NCBI GenBank assembly: GCA_043787675.1
Contig: JAYVUT010000003.1
Coordinates: 2,418 to 66,417 of the forward strand
DNA: 64,000 bases
Origin: Candidatus Altimarinota bacterium
Lineage (GTDB): Bacteria; Patescibacteriota; Gracilibacteria; BD1-5; UBA2023
Reading direction: 5' to 3'
Shown: positions 1 to 11,306 of the stretch, one piece after another
Numbering within the stretch: position 1 is the first letter of the stretch
Layout of the letters: every line of letters starts with the position of its first letter
Program-made: the position numbers and the translations under genes
Notes under the pieces: model-generated
Databases searched by the model: none
What the model saw: the letters and a program-made list of their open reading frames with translations, nothing else
What the model was told of the DNA's origin: nothing

Positions 1-1077
1 GTCACTGTTCCTCAAGAATTCCTCGATGGACTCACTCCAGATCTCCAACTTCTCATTAAAAAATGAAAAGCTGAAGGGAGACTTGTCTATGATGAGGTTA
101 TATCTGCACTTCCCCCAGGCGATGATATTGAGATGATGGACGAGGTATTCTCTCGTCTTGCAAAACTACATATTGAGCTCGTAGATTCACTCGATCAGGA
201 AGATGTATTCAAAGATGCTGGCAAAAAGAAAGATGAGATCGATCTCTCTGAAATCTCTGATGACTCGATCCGTATGTATCTCAACGAGATCGGACGATTC
301 TCTCTTATTGATGCTGATGAAGAAGTCAGACTCGGTCATCTCATACAACAATGAGATCAAGAAGCTCGAAAAAGACTCGCTGAGGCCAATCTCCGTCTCG
401 TCGTATCGATCGCCAAGAAGTATATGGGACGATGACTCTGACTTCTAGATTTGGTGCAGGAGGGGAATGTTTGACTTTTTCGGGCCGTCGACAAGTTTGA
501 TCCGGATCGAGGATTCAAGTTCTCTACTTATGCCACATGGTGGATCCGTCAAGGGGTCACTCGTGCTATAGCGGATCAGGCTCGTACGATCCGAGTTCCT
601 GTGCACATGGTTGAGACTATCAATAAATTCAATCATACCTACCGTCGTCTCACTCAGGAACTGGCTCGTGAACCGCTCATGGAGGAGCTCGCACTCGAGC
701 TCGATATGGATGTTCGCAAGGTACGTCAGATCATGCGAATATCGCAAGATATACTATCACTCGATTCCCCTGTTGGAGGAGAAGAGGATACTACGCTCGG
801 TGACTTCGTAGAAGATGACAAGTATCTGACTCCAGAAAAAGCTACCAATCTTGCGATTCTCAAGGAGAACCTCTATGAGATGCTCGATTTTCTCACTCCT
901 CGAGAAAAAAAGATCGTCGTAATGCGGTTCGGTCTTGATGGAGGTGATATGCATACCCTCGAGGAGGTAGGACGAGAGTTCGGAGTGACACGTGAGCGAG
1001 TTCGTCAGATAGAGGCCAAGACTCTCGAGAAGCTCAGAACTCACCCGAGTGCCGATCGTATTAGGTTTTTTCACTAA
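1..1077 (+). CDS. rpoD: RNA polymerase primary sigma factor (sigma-70 family), 5' end outside window
   Basis: Frame 1 is open from base 1 to TAA 1075-1077 once TGA is read through. Region 2 reads [45 protein letters not shown] and region 4 reads [20 protein letters not shown]. In-frame TGA at 352, 433, 439 and 472 sit where sigma-70 proteins have Gly. Confidence 0.95.
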
Positions 1078-1085
1078 ATACTAAT

Positions 1086-1126
1086 AAAATATCCTTCTTG
1101 CAATTTATTGCAAGAAGGATATTTTA
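1086..1126. terminator. Bidirectional rho-independent terminator between rpoD and the convergent gene
   Basis: Perfect ~15-bp inverted repeat atatccttcttgcaa / ttgcaagaaggatat with loop ttta. It is flanked by an A-run and a T-run. Confidence 0.7.
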
Positions 1127-1137
1127 TTATATTAGGA

Positions 1138-1854
1138 CTATGCTGTGACTATTTCTTTTTCTTCATTTTTTTTGACAGCTATTCCTTGTTCTTTTTCGAG
1201 ATATTTCTTCATTTTTTCAGCATGCGAACGTTCTTCGAGATGTTTCTGATGTGTTGCCTCATCAGCTATCTCGAGTTCTGCGAAGTGCTCTTTTTGTCGT
1301 CTATGTTCATTCTCTGCAGCGATTGTATTTGCATCCTCAGCATCGATACCCTTGATCAAATCAGATACTTCCTCGATAGCATGACCTATATAGGTATTCG
1401 TATCATAGTATACTATCTCAGTTTCTTTTGTATCACTATTCGTCTCAAAGAGTCCTGATGAAGTTGTTTCAAGAGTATTTGCATCTACGAGAGATGATTG
1501 CATACTTGAGTCTGCCATATCAAATAATATTGATGTTTCAGCGATGCTCGCATCAGGTATAGCTATAGGAGTTATATCTTGTTGAGTTTGGATTGGTGTA
1601 GGTATTGCTATTTCTGGTACTGATTCATCGATGATAATCGAATCATCACTCTCAGTGATATTCATCGGTGTACCTGCCGGTACCTCGATGGGTGGTTGCA
1701 CGATATCTACTACTGATACCATCGGAGTTGCATCACTTATAATAATTGAATTTGCATTGATAAGTGGATCATCTTGTGAGGGATTACCTCATGTTTGTCC
1801 AGAGGATTGTGTTGTTGGAGCTGATTGCTTCAGGAGATCATCAAATAGTGACAT
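1138..1854 (-). CDS. Hypothetical acidic protein: N-terminus MSLFDDLL, disordered T/P/I/D/E-rich middle, C-terminal charged helix
   Basis: ATG at 1854, one in-frame TGA joins it to ORF 1138-1722, and there is a true TAG stop at 1138-1140. Its architecture parallels the gene at 11307-12251. Confidence 0.6.
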
Positions 1855-1961
1855 AGTGACTTGAGTTAAGAACTATATAGATATGATAGCAGTCTTCGAA
1901 ACAAAATGCAAATATCTGACTCTTTTTTGTATTTTTTCTACTTTTTCATATACTCTTCGGT

Positions 1962-4900
1962 ATGTCATTCGTTCATCTGCATACCCATACTCACTATACT
2001 TTCCAGCAGGCACTCGGAGATCCTGAATGACTCGTGAAACGAGCAAAAGAACTCGGTCAAACAGCGATTGCTATCACTGATGCTGGTAATATGTATGGAG
2101 CGTTTGAGTTCTATGAGGCATGTATCAAACATCAGATTCAGCCGATCATCTGAGTTGAGTTCCAGTTGTCAAAAAAATGACGATCTAATAGAGATAAGGA
2201 TAATGAAATATACGAGATCGTGCTGCTTGCTCGCAACTATGCTGGCTATAAGAATCTGATACAACTCGTGACTCTATCACAACTCGAGTGATATTATAAT
2301 GGACGACCTCGTATTGATTTTGATCTCCTTGAGGAGTATCATAGAGATATCATTGCTCTCTCCGGATCGATGTACGGTGAGATATGACAACATATTATCA
2401 CTGGTAAAACAGATGCCTATATTTGTGAAAGAATTGAATATTATATTGAGATTTTTGGTCGTGAGTGTTATTATCTAGAACTCCAGGAACATCCAGATCG
2501 AGCGATGCAGGCAAGTATCAACGAAACAATTCTCAGATTATCCAAGGCTCATGGATATAGTTATGTAGCTACAAATAATAGTTATTATCTCGCTCTCGAT
2601 GATGCAGGAGTGCAGGATATGATGTCATCAGTCGCATCTGGGCGGGCTCTCGATGACCCAGATCGTGCTACTCTGATGAACGGTGATTACTCTGTGAGGC
2701 CTGATCGAGAGATGGAAGAGATATTTGTCTATGCGCCCAGGGCTTATGAGAATACAGCAAAGATTGCGAGTATGATCGATCTCCATATCGATAGTGGTGG
2801 GTACAAGATTCCAGTATTTCCCCTCTCAGATGAGGAGAATATACGGTATGAGAAGTATACAACAATAGTAGGAAATAAAAATACATGAGAAAATACCTAT
2901 CAAGTACTTGGTACTGAGGAATGGTTACTTCGGGTGATGTGTATTGAGGGTCTTGATTTCCGATATGACTTTGCTCTCTCAGATATTGAGAGAGATATAT
3001 TATTGCACAAAATTGCAATAATAAAATCAGAGAAGAAAATTTCAGATAGATCAGTGGAGGAACTCTATACACTTGCTGAGTCATACTATTCACCAGAAAA
3101 AAAATCACTCATCGCGAGTTGGAGTGAAAAGAAAAAAAATATCATCCGTCGTCTCGAATATGAACTTGCTGTAGTAGAACTGATGGGGTTCAATGGATAT
3201 TTTTGTATTGTGGCAGACTTTATCCGCTATGGCAAAAATAATGGTGTACCTGTTGGTCCAGGTCGAGGATCTGCCGCTGGAGCTATTCTCGCCTATCTAT
3301 CAGGAATTACAGATATTGATCCACTCCGATATGGACTCCTATTTGAGCGATTTCTCAATCCTGCTCGTATCTCTATGCCAGATATAGATGTCGATTTTTC
3401 TGATGAGGGACGAGATCAGGTACTCGTCTACGTGAGACAAAAATATGGGGCTGATCGAGTTACTCAGGTATGTACGTTTGGTACTCTCGCTGCACGAGCA
3501 GCGGTGAAAGATGCTGGTCGAGCTCTCGGTGTCCCGTTCGAAGAGATGAATGTCTTTGCTAAGATGATCCCAGCTCGTCCTGGTATCACTCTACGTCAGG
3601 CTCTCGAGGAATCTAACGAGTTCAAAAAAGTATATGAAGAGGGTGGAGTCTATACCAAGGTGATCGATGCAGCGATTCGTCTCGAGTGAACTGTCCGACA
3701 GCTCGGAGTCCATGCGTGTGCCGTGATCATTGCACCTGAGCCGATGACCAATTTTTGTCCTCTCCAGCCACCCCCGAAGGATTCGACTACTACTGTGACG
3801 CAGTTCTCAGCTCATCCACTCGAGGCACTCGGGCTTCTCAAGATGGATTTTCTCGGGCTCCGCAATCTCGCCATATTGGATCGAGCGGTACGGATTGTAC
3901 GAGATGAACACGATATTGTAGTCGATCTTCTCAAAATAGATTTCGAAGATCCGAGAGTACTTGCTCTATTTGGCGAATGAGATATGACTGGAGTATTCCA
4001 GTTTGAGTCGGACGGGATGCGTCGCTATCTCAAGGAGCTCAAGCCGTCGAGTTTCGAAGATCTCATCGCGATGGTATCACTCTATCGTCCTGGTCCACTT
4101 GCCTATATTCCAGAGTTTATCGATCGCAAATTCGGTCGCAAAATAGTCGAATATCCACACCCCTCTCTTGAGGCTATCCTGAAGCCAACCTATGGAATTG
4201 CGGTCTATCAAGAGCAGATCATGCAACTAGTACAGGCATTTGCCTGATTCTCTCTCGGAGAAGCAGATATACTCAGACGGGCTATCGGTAAAAAAAAGCT
4301 CGATCTCCTCATGGAACAGCGGGACAAATTCATCTGAGCTGCCCATGAGCAATGACATAAGGAAGATCTTGCGATATATATATTCGATGAGATTATCGAG
4401 CCATTTGCAGGATATGGATTTAATAAGTCTCATGCAGCTTGCTACTCGATGATCGCCTATCAGACGGCCTATATGAAGACCTACTATCCTACAGAATTTA
4501 GCGTAGCTCTCATGGTATCTGATGAAGAAGATATGGATCGTATCCGTATGGAGATTGGTGAGGCAACAGCGAGGGGAGTCCGGATCCTCCCTCCCGATAT
4601 CAATCAGTCTCGCAAACACTTCACCTATGTGGATGCTACAACTATTCGATTTGGCCTGACGGCTATCAAAGGTCTTGGCGAATGACCTATCACAACTATT
4701 CGCAATAGTGTAAAAGAGGCTGGAAGATTCACGAGTATCGATGATCTCATCAAGCGAACTGGAGGTGATGTGATCAATAAAAAGTCTCTCGAGTCCCTCA
4801 TCTACTCTGGGGCTCTCGATGATTTTGGGGAACGCAATAGTTTACTCGCGAGTATAGTCAAGATGACTGCCTATCTCAAGGAGATCGAGTCAAAAAGAGA

Positions 4901-5927
4901 AACATCACAGATGGGATTGTTTGACTGACTCTCGAGTGATACCCATGCGGGAGTTCATTTTGTGATCGAAAAATCTAAAAATGAGATGACATTCGAAGAG
5001 CGTATGAGATGAGAAAAAGCGATGATCGGATATCCTGTCTCAGGTAATCCACTCGAGGGTACCTATGATTTTATCAGATCCAAGTCCAAAAATATCGGTA
5101 AGATATATGAGTGGCTCGAGAAACGAAAAGAGATAATACCTGTCGAAATACTTGAGTCAGATATGGGAGAATGAAATGATGAATGAATGATCCCTGGCAA
5201 TTCTGATACTATAGGAGTCAATAGTAGTGACGCTCCGGGTACAGATGGTGATTCCCCTGCTCCGCTCATAGATATTGCTATCCCGAGTCAGGCTGAGGTA
5301 TTGCAACATATGGAAATAGAAAAAGAAGATGAAACTGTGAACGCTACTGTCATCGGTCTCGTGACAGGTATTCGCAAGATACAGACCAAGACGGGTGGTA
5401 TGATGCTCATGGCAACTATGGAGAGTGCTGGATTCGATCTGCGTCTCGTGATATTCTCGCGTGACTATGATGCCTATGCCAGCAAGGTTGAGGAGGATCG
5501 TATCCTCATCATCGAAGGGCGGGTCAAGTATGATACCGAGCGAGATGAGATATCAGTATCACCAGGAGCCGGGTTTGCCAAAAAATGAGCTGCAAAAGAT
5601 GCTATCAGATCATTCTCGATATCACAGTTCCGTGACTTCGCAGGGGTGCAGGATCCAAAAGTAAAGCAAAAAAGTAATACTGAAAGTGTATCACTCTCAC
5701 TCGGTTCCCCTGTAGAACATATCGCACCAGAGAATTCTATCTACTATATCGATATACCGCCATATTGGACCAAAGATGATCTCCTCGATCTCAAGGATTA
5801 CCTATCAACTCTTGAGATCGGACTCATCCCAGTGTGGATCAGAGTCAGTGGCATAGAAAAAAATACAAAGTTCACTATAGGAGATGTAGGCAGGCTCGAG
5901 GAGTGGGTGAAGATGAAGAATATATAA
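1962..5927 (+). CDS. dnaE: DNA polymerase III alpha subunit
   Basis: ATG 1962 with a PHP-domain N-terminus [22 protein letters not shown] fragments 2505-2888, 2934-3689, 3723-3980, 3984-4247, 4449-4685, 5187-5588 and 5646-5927 share one frame and are separated only by TGA. TAA stop at 5925-5927. Confidence 0.95.
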
Positions 5928-5930
5928 AAA

Positions 5931-5957
5931 AAGAGGCTCGCTTGCGAGCCTCTTTTT
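5931..5957 (+). terminator. Rho-independent terminator after dnaE
   Basis: Stem aagaggctcg / cgagcctctt with loop cttg, followed by a T-run. Confidence 0.75.
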
Positions 5958-6520
5958 ACCAATTGAGATACTTCCATAGATTCTTGCGAATAGAGAAAAT
6001 ATCTTCGGTATTTTAGGAGACATCAGATGTATCCCTTGAGTTTTAGTACTTCCTCCAGTGATTTTCCATTTAAGTCACGGATTTCTTGACCTGATTGATT
6101 GGACCACCTTTTAGGATTTGACTCCCATTGACGAAGTCCTGTATTTTTTCCGCCGACCCAGAGGTCACCGTTGTTATATACATTGACGGATTTTCCGCCC
6201 ATTTTTGTTTCGAGACGCATGCCGATACTCCTATAAAATATTGATTGGCAAAAGTAGCATACCACACACACACCCACTCTGTCAAATAATCTTTTGCTTT
6301 TTCATATTTTTTCTATATATTCACCATACAATTTCTTGAATCACGAGGAGCTTATATCATGTTATATAGTCGCTTCTCCCCTATCTGAAGCGATTTACTA
6401 CCTTCTCTCACTCTATACCGAGAGACCTATTTTTCGAGTAAATCTCTTCTATAAACATAGAGAGATTGTACTTTACTTTTTTCTTGCGATACTTTTTTCG
6501 TTAGATAACCCATTTTTTCT

Positions 6521-8125
6521 ATGCTTTTCTCTGACCTTGCACTCCGTGCAGAGATCGTCTCCGCTGTTGCCAAGCTCGGCTATACTGAGCCTACTGAGGT
6601 ACAGGCTGCTGTCATACCAGTTGCCCTCGAAAACAAAAATATCATCGTTCAGTCCAACACTGGATCTGGTAAGACTGCTGCGTTCGTCATACCAGCACTC
6701 AACCGTATCGATCCTCGTCTCCGCAAACCACAGATCCTCATCCTAGAGCCAACTCGTGAGCTCGCTATGCAGACTCGTGAGGAGGTCGTCAATATTTCTC
6801 GAGATATGCGTATGGGATCTCTCGCTGTATTCGGTGGATTCCCGATCCGTCGTCAGATTGAGCAGTTGCGTGATGGACCACAGGTTATCGTCGCGACTCC
6901 AGGTCGTCTCATGGATATGATCGAGCGTCGTGCCATCGACCTCTCTGCTATCTCTATGCTTGTCATCGACGAGGTAGATCAGATGATGGATATGGGATTT
7001 TCTCGAGCGGTTGTCGAGATCTGGGAACAGCTCCAGTCACTCGAGCAGGTGATGACATTCTCAGCAACATATACTCGAGAGATCACGAGTCTCATCGATG
7101 ATAATATGAAGGGCGGATATGAGTCTCTCATCCTATCCAAGACTCCTACTGTCGATACTATCGATCATGTATTCATGCGTGTTGGATCTCGTGACAAGTA
7201 CCCACTTCTCAAGCGTACACTCGAGAGATTCCCTGATCACAAGGTGATCATATTCACCGCTCGCAAACACGAGACCGAGGAACTCGAGAGATATCTCCAT
7301 CGTGACGGATTCTCCGCTGCATATATCAACGGAGATATGATGCAACGAGATCGAGTGCGTGCTATCGAGGCGTTCAAGGCTGGAAAAGTCCGAATATTTA
7401 TCGGTACGGATGTCGCATCTCGCGGACTCAATCTCAACAATATCGGACTCGTAGTCAACTATCATGTCCCACACGATCCAGAGGCATATATCCATCGTAT
7501 CGGTCGTACTGGTCGAGCAGGTGCAGATGGTCATGCGATCATGTTCGTTTCGTCTGAGGAGGCTCGTCAGCTCCAGCGTATCGAGCGTATGCATCGTATC
7601 GAGATCAACGAGGTCGATGCTGAGGGTGTAGTTATCCCTAGACAAAAGGATACTCGTCCACCTCGCTCTAGTAGTGGATCAGGAGGAGGATATAGAGGAA
7701 ATGGAGGCGGTGGAGGATACCGAGGTGGTGCGTCATCAGGTTCTGGAAGTGGATACCGTGGAGGATCGAGCTCTGGAGGATCAGGAGGTGGATATCGAGG
7801 TGGTGCGTCCGGATCTGGTGGATCAGGAGGATATGACGGCAAGAGTCGAGAGGGTGGATCAGGAGGAGGATACTCATCTCCTCGTCGTGATGACAATGGA
7901 GGAGGATATAGAGGTGGAGCGTCATCAGGTTCTGGAGGTGGATACCGTGGAGGATCGAGCTCTGGAGGATCAGGAGGTGGATCTGGATATCGTGGGTCTC
8001 AGTGAGGAGGTAACGGAGGTCACTCATTCGGTGATGCTCCGAGCTCATCTGGATATCGTGAGCCACGACCAACTCAACATCGTGGAGATGCTGGACATCA
8101 TGCACACTCACAGCGAGGTGAATAA
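6521..8125 (+). CDS. DEAD-box ATP-dependent RNA helicase with a Gly/Arg/Tyr/Ser-rich (RGG/YRGG) C-terminal tail
   Basis: Q motif TEPTEVQ, Walker A SNTGSGKTAAF, motif II VIDEVDQM, then SAT and HRIGRTGRAG. The ORF reads through TGA 8003-8005 to TAA 8123-8125. Confidence 0.93.
7676..7982 (+). repeat. In-frame tandem duplication inside the helicase tail
   Basis: The 72-nt segment 7722-7793 recurs at 7911-7982 with 2 mismatches, an offset of 189 nt. The sequence tggatcaggaggaggata also recurs at 7676 and 7856. Confidence 0.85.
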
Positions 8126-8137
8126 TCTATTCATCAT

Positions 8138-8166
8138 AAAAAGAACTCCTTTCGGAGTTCTTTTTA
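8138..8166 (+). terminator. Rho-independent terminator after the helicase gene
   Basis: Stem aagaactcc / ggagttctt with loop tttc, followed by a T-run. Confidence 0.75.
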
Positions 8167-8250
8167 TGATCTCAAAAAATATACAAAAAACTTGCTTTTT
8201 TGATAATATTCACTATATTTCCCACATCAAATTTGGAGTATAGTGATCTT

Positions 8251-8326
8251 GGATTGGTAGCTCAGTTGGTAGAGCAGAAGACTCTTAATCTTTTGGTCGC
8301 GGGTTCGAATCCCGCCCAGTCCACCA
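8251..8326 (+). tRNA. tRNA-Lys (anticodon CUU), CCA encoded
   Basis: Cloverleaf by eye: acceptor ggattgg/ccagtcc, D arm gctc-agttggta-gagc, anticodon arm gaaga-ctCTTaa-tcttt, T arm gcggg-ttcgaat-cccgc, then A-CCA. Confidence 0.9.
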
Positions 8327-8344
8327 GGATTCAAAATTTGTAAA

Positions 8345-8375
8345 AACTCTCCTAAGTATTTGGGAGAGTTTTTTT
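8345..8375. terminator. Bidirectional terminator between tRNA-Lys and the convergent vWA gene
   Basis: Stem aactctcc / ggagagtt followed by a T-run. The reverse strand also ends in a T-run. Confidence 0.65.
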
Positions 8376-8390
8376 GGGAGTGGTCTCCAT

Positions 8391-9401
8391 CTAGATCAAT
8401 CGATATCTCTGCATAATCCATCTCAGATATACTCTCTCTACGGTAAGCCATATCATAAATAGGATGAGGAGAAGTGGTGTGATATCACTTTGCTTTGTTT
8501 CAGTTTTTGACTCAGTAGTACTCGGGAGCTCGGATCTGATATCTGAGAATATCTGAGTGAGTCATATCTTGTCCTCTGCATGGAAATACTGACCTCCTGT
8601 TATATCTGCCAATTGTCTCATCATCGGCTCATCGAGATCACTCCTGAGATGTCCACCACTTCCATCTGAGAAGTATTGCTTGCTCCCCCAGCTGTCTGTA
8701 TATGAGAGCTCAGCTCCAGAGAGTGATCCGATACCTACTGGGAATATTTTGATTCACTTTTCTCGAGACTCAGTTGCCGATATGATGGGATCTATGCCGA
8801 TATTGGCTCGTCAGTCGGTGAGGAGTATGATAGATCTTGCTTGAGACTGCGATCCAGAGTATGTCATATTCGCGAGGAGGAGTGCATCTCCGATATTGGT
8901 TCCAGATAGTCATGGGAGATCCTGGCGGATGAGATCTGGATATAGTCCACTCACGATACTCGATATCCCAGCATAATCAGTCGAAAATGGAATCGAAACG
9001 AATGGCTTGCCTGCGAATATGATGAGTCCGACTCGATCATTTTTTCTCTCTGCTATAAAGTCTCGAACGACACTCTTGGCGACCGTGATCCGACTCGGTG
9101 ATATATCCTCAGCCAGCATCGAGAGTGAGATGTCGAATACGATCATGATATCTTGTGGAATCGGACGTAGAGTAGTAGTCGTATATGTCATATGGACTCC
9201 TGCTATGACATATACGATACTACTGATCATCAGTGTACGTATGAGCCATAGTATCCATATTTTTTTGGGTGTTCGCAGATGTTTGGCTATGAGTGCGTTC
9301 GGATGTATGGTTCCGATTTTTTCACGACCAAAAATATACCAACCGATCATAATAGCTGGTATGAGTGTGAGAATAAGGGGATGAGAGATAATGAGAGACA
9401 A
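8391..9401 (-). CDS. Membrane-anchored von Willebrand factor A (vWA) protein, BatA-like
   Basis: N-terminal TM segments, MIDAS motif VFDISLSM, vWA core GTNIGDAL...ILLTDG-RAN and a C-terminal TM PLLLILFMIWL. Probable TTG start at 9401, several in-frame TGA, TAG stop at 8391-8393. Confidence 0.85.
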
Positions 9402-9419
9402 AGAAATATATATGATGGT

Positions 9420-9836
9420 TTAGGAGAGTTTTGCCATGAGTTCTCTCTGTATCTGTTCTTTTTGTATGGTTGTGAGTTCGTCTCCGCCATATTCTACTTG
9501 GTCGAGCTCTCACATGATCTCTATGAGTCTCTTGTCTGTGCTATACTCAGCGATATGATCTGGTGTATGAGCCCAGCTATGGTGAGGTTGGTAGCTATAG
9601 GTGAGATATCTCCTGATCTCGAAGAGAGTCAACTCTGCATAGTTCTCTCTACCTGGATCGATAGGATGGTATCTATAGGGTTCTCGGTCCTCTATCTGAT
9701 TTACTCTCTCGGCTCTATATCTATACCAGAGTCAGAACCATACGAGTAGTCCGGTACCGAGTGCCATGAGCCATGATGCAGGATGTATATCTCAGATCCA
9801 CCATATAGGATCAACTGCAAAAAATAAATCTGTCAT
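9420..9836 (-). CDS. DUF4381-like single-pass membrane protein, the small protein usually found upstream of batA
   Basis: ATG 9836 and TAA 9420-9422. The N-terminus DPIWWI-G-DIHPASWLMALGTGLLVWF fits the DUF4381 pattern. It ends 18 nt upstream of the vWA gene. Confidence 0.65.
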
Positions 9837-9877
9837 ATAGACAGATTATATTAAAAATAAAAAGGATTTCAATATGA

Positions 9878-10363
9878 TTATTTGTATACCCATGGAGCGA
9901 GGAACAAGAGTATATATCGGAAGAAAAATAGTATAGCGAGACCGATGATGATATTGATTGCCCATTTTTTGAGACTACTCTTCGCCTTGATATCATCTCC
10001 TCAGGCAAATGACCATGCGATACCGAGTCCGACCACCGCGAGTACACCGAGGAGGAGTACGATATTGATGACGAATCGGATCAATTGTGCAAAAATAGAC
10101 TGGAATCCAGCAATTCATGTTGGGACACTACATTCGTATTTGCGTTGCGGTACAGGACCCGTACATGCTACACCACTTTCTCACTTGATATCAGAGTTTT
10201 TATTTCCGTTATCATCATTTGGAGTTGTAGGACTCATTACACATACACAATTTCCTCCAGGAACCATCTCTGATGTATATACTTTCTGATCTTCAGCATA
10301 TCCCGTATGCCATACGAGTCCAGATGAGATGAGAGCGAGTATGAGTATGATAAGTTTTTGCAT
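9878..10363 (-). CDS. Secreted Cys-containing protein ending in one T4SS-pilin-like (TrbC/VirB2-like) two-helix unit
   Basis: Signal peptide MQKLIILILALISSGLVWHTGYA. The C-terminal unit is VLLLGVLAVVGLGIAWSFA-G-GDDIKAKSSLKKWAINIIIGLAILFF. Three in-frame TGA; TAA stop at 9878-9880. Confidence 0.7.
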
Positions 10364-10368
10364 AGATT

Positions 10369-11265
10369 TTAGAGTTGGAATGTGACGATATCAGTCATGA
10401 AACTGAGTCCTGCGAGGAGTATGATGAGAGCGATACCCGTATTGATGAGTATAGATTTTCATTTTTTGATCCGCTCCTCGTCTCCTGCTGATGTGATAAA
10501 GAGATAAGCACCCCATATCAACATAAATATAGCGATCGGAGCCGCGATATACATCACGAGGGCAAATAGAGTACCACTCACACTTGGTATATATGATCTG
10601 AAGTCACCCATTGCTACCAGATTGCCCCAGAGCTGTACAAATCCGAGGAATATGAGTCCGATAATACCGTAAATAATACGATTTTTTGCTTGTTTCCTTT
10701 TCTCATCATCACCTCCTGATACGAGCAAGTTAAATAGTCCCCATGTGAACATAGTGACTGCTACACCAAACGCGAATACCCTGAGGAATGCTATCATATT
10801 CCCTATGATTCCCTCGAATCCTGCAGTATTCCAAAACACACTCGATCCAGTAGTATTCGACCAGTTATCAACTATAGATACTGATCCCGCATTGCTCGGC
10901 GCAAATATAGTATATACAAATCCTGGAATATTGAGAAAAAGAAAACCGATCAAGGCATAGGTGATCTGTTTGCGTTGGGTCTTGACAGCTTCTTCACTAT
11001 CTGATCCGAGGATCATATATACTCCGATCATCACGAGGTATATCAGGGCAAATCCAGATATCACAATCCGTATCACACCGAGCATACGTAGTCCGAGATT
11101 TTTTGCATTGGTGATAGAGTCTCATGATCCCTGATCGATCGCTATAGATGCCGATTGTATAGTAGCCTCTGATCATGATGGGAGTACTGCAGTACCATAG
11201 CTGAGTATGTAGCTACTCATGAATCACATCAGGAGTATGAGGATGGTGGTGAGTATTCGCGACAT
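10369..11265 (-). CDS. Polytopic membrane protein made of three tandem T4SS-pilin-like units
   Basis: ATG 11265 with a signal/TM N-terminus MSRILTTILILLM. The motif recurs three times: GSDSEEAVKTQRKQITYALIGFLFL, SGGDDEKRKQAKNRIIYGIIGLIFLGF and SAGDEERIKK-G-KSILINTGIALIILLAG, each between hydrophobic helices. TAA stop at 10369-10371. Confidence 0.75.
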
Positions 11266-11306
11266 AGGGCGTAGAGTTTAGGATTTTAGAATCATAGTAT
11301 ATCTTT

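Noticed and set aside
6023-6285. Two overlapping small minus-strand ORFs (84 aa ending in TGA; 71 aa ending in TAA).
   Set aside because: Neither is called as a feature. The first would read through into dnaE under table 25, and the second is W/C-rich and not protein-like. They are kept only as a finding about the unexplained gap.
7676-7982. Possible CRISPR-like or satellite repeat.
   Set aside because: The repeats are in-frame coding duplications of the helicase tail, with no spacer structure. No CRISPR array is visible anywhere in the window. The 44-bp repeats at 37855-37973 are tRNA-derived.
7133-8243. Several long ORFs overlapping the helicase gene on both strands (7133-7645, 7567-7896, 7668-8111, 7674-8243).
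   Set aside because: These are alternative-frame or antisense readings of a GC-richer, repetitive GGN-rich region. The helicase frame carries all conserved motifs.
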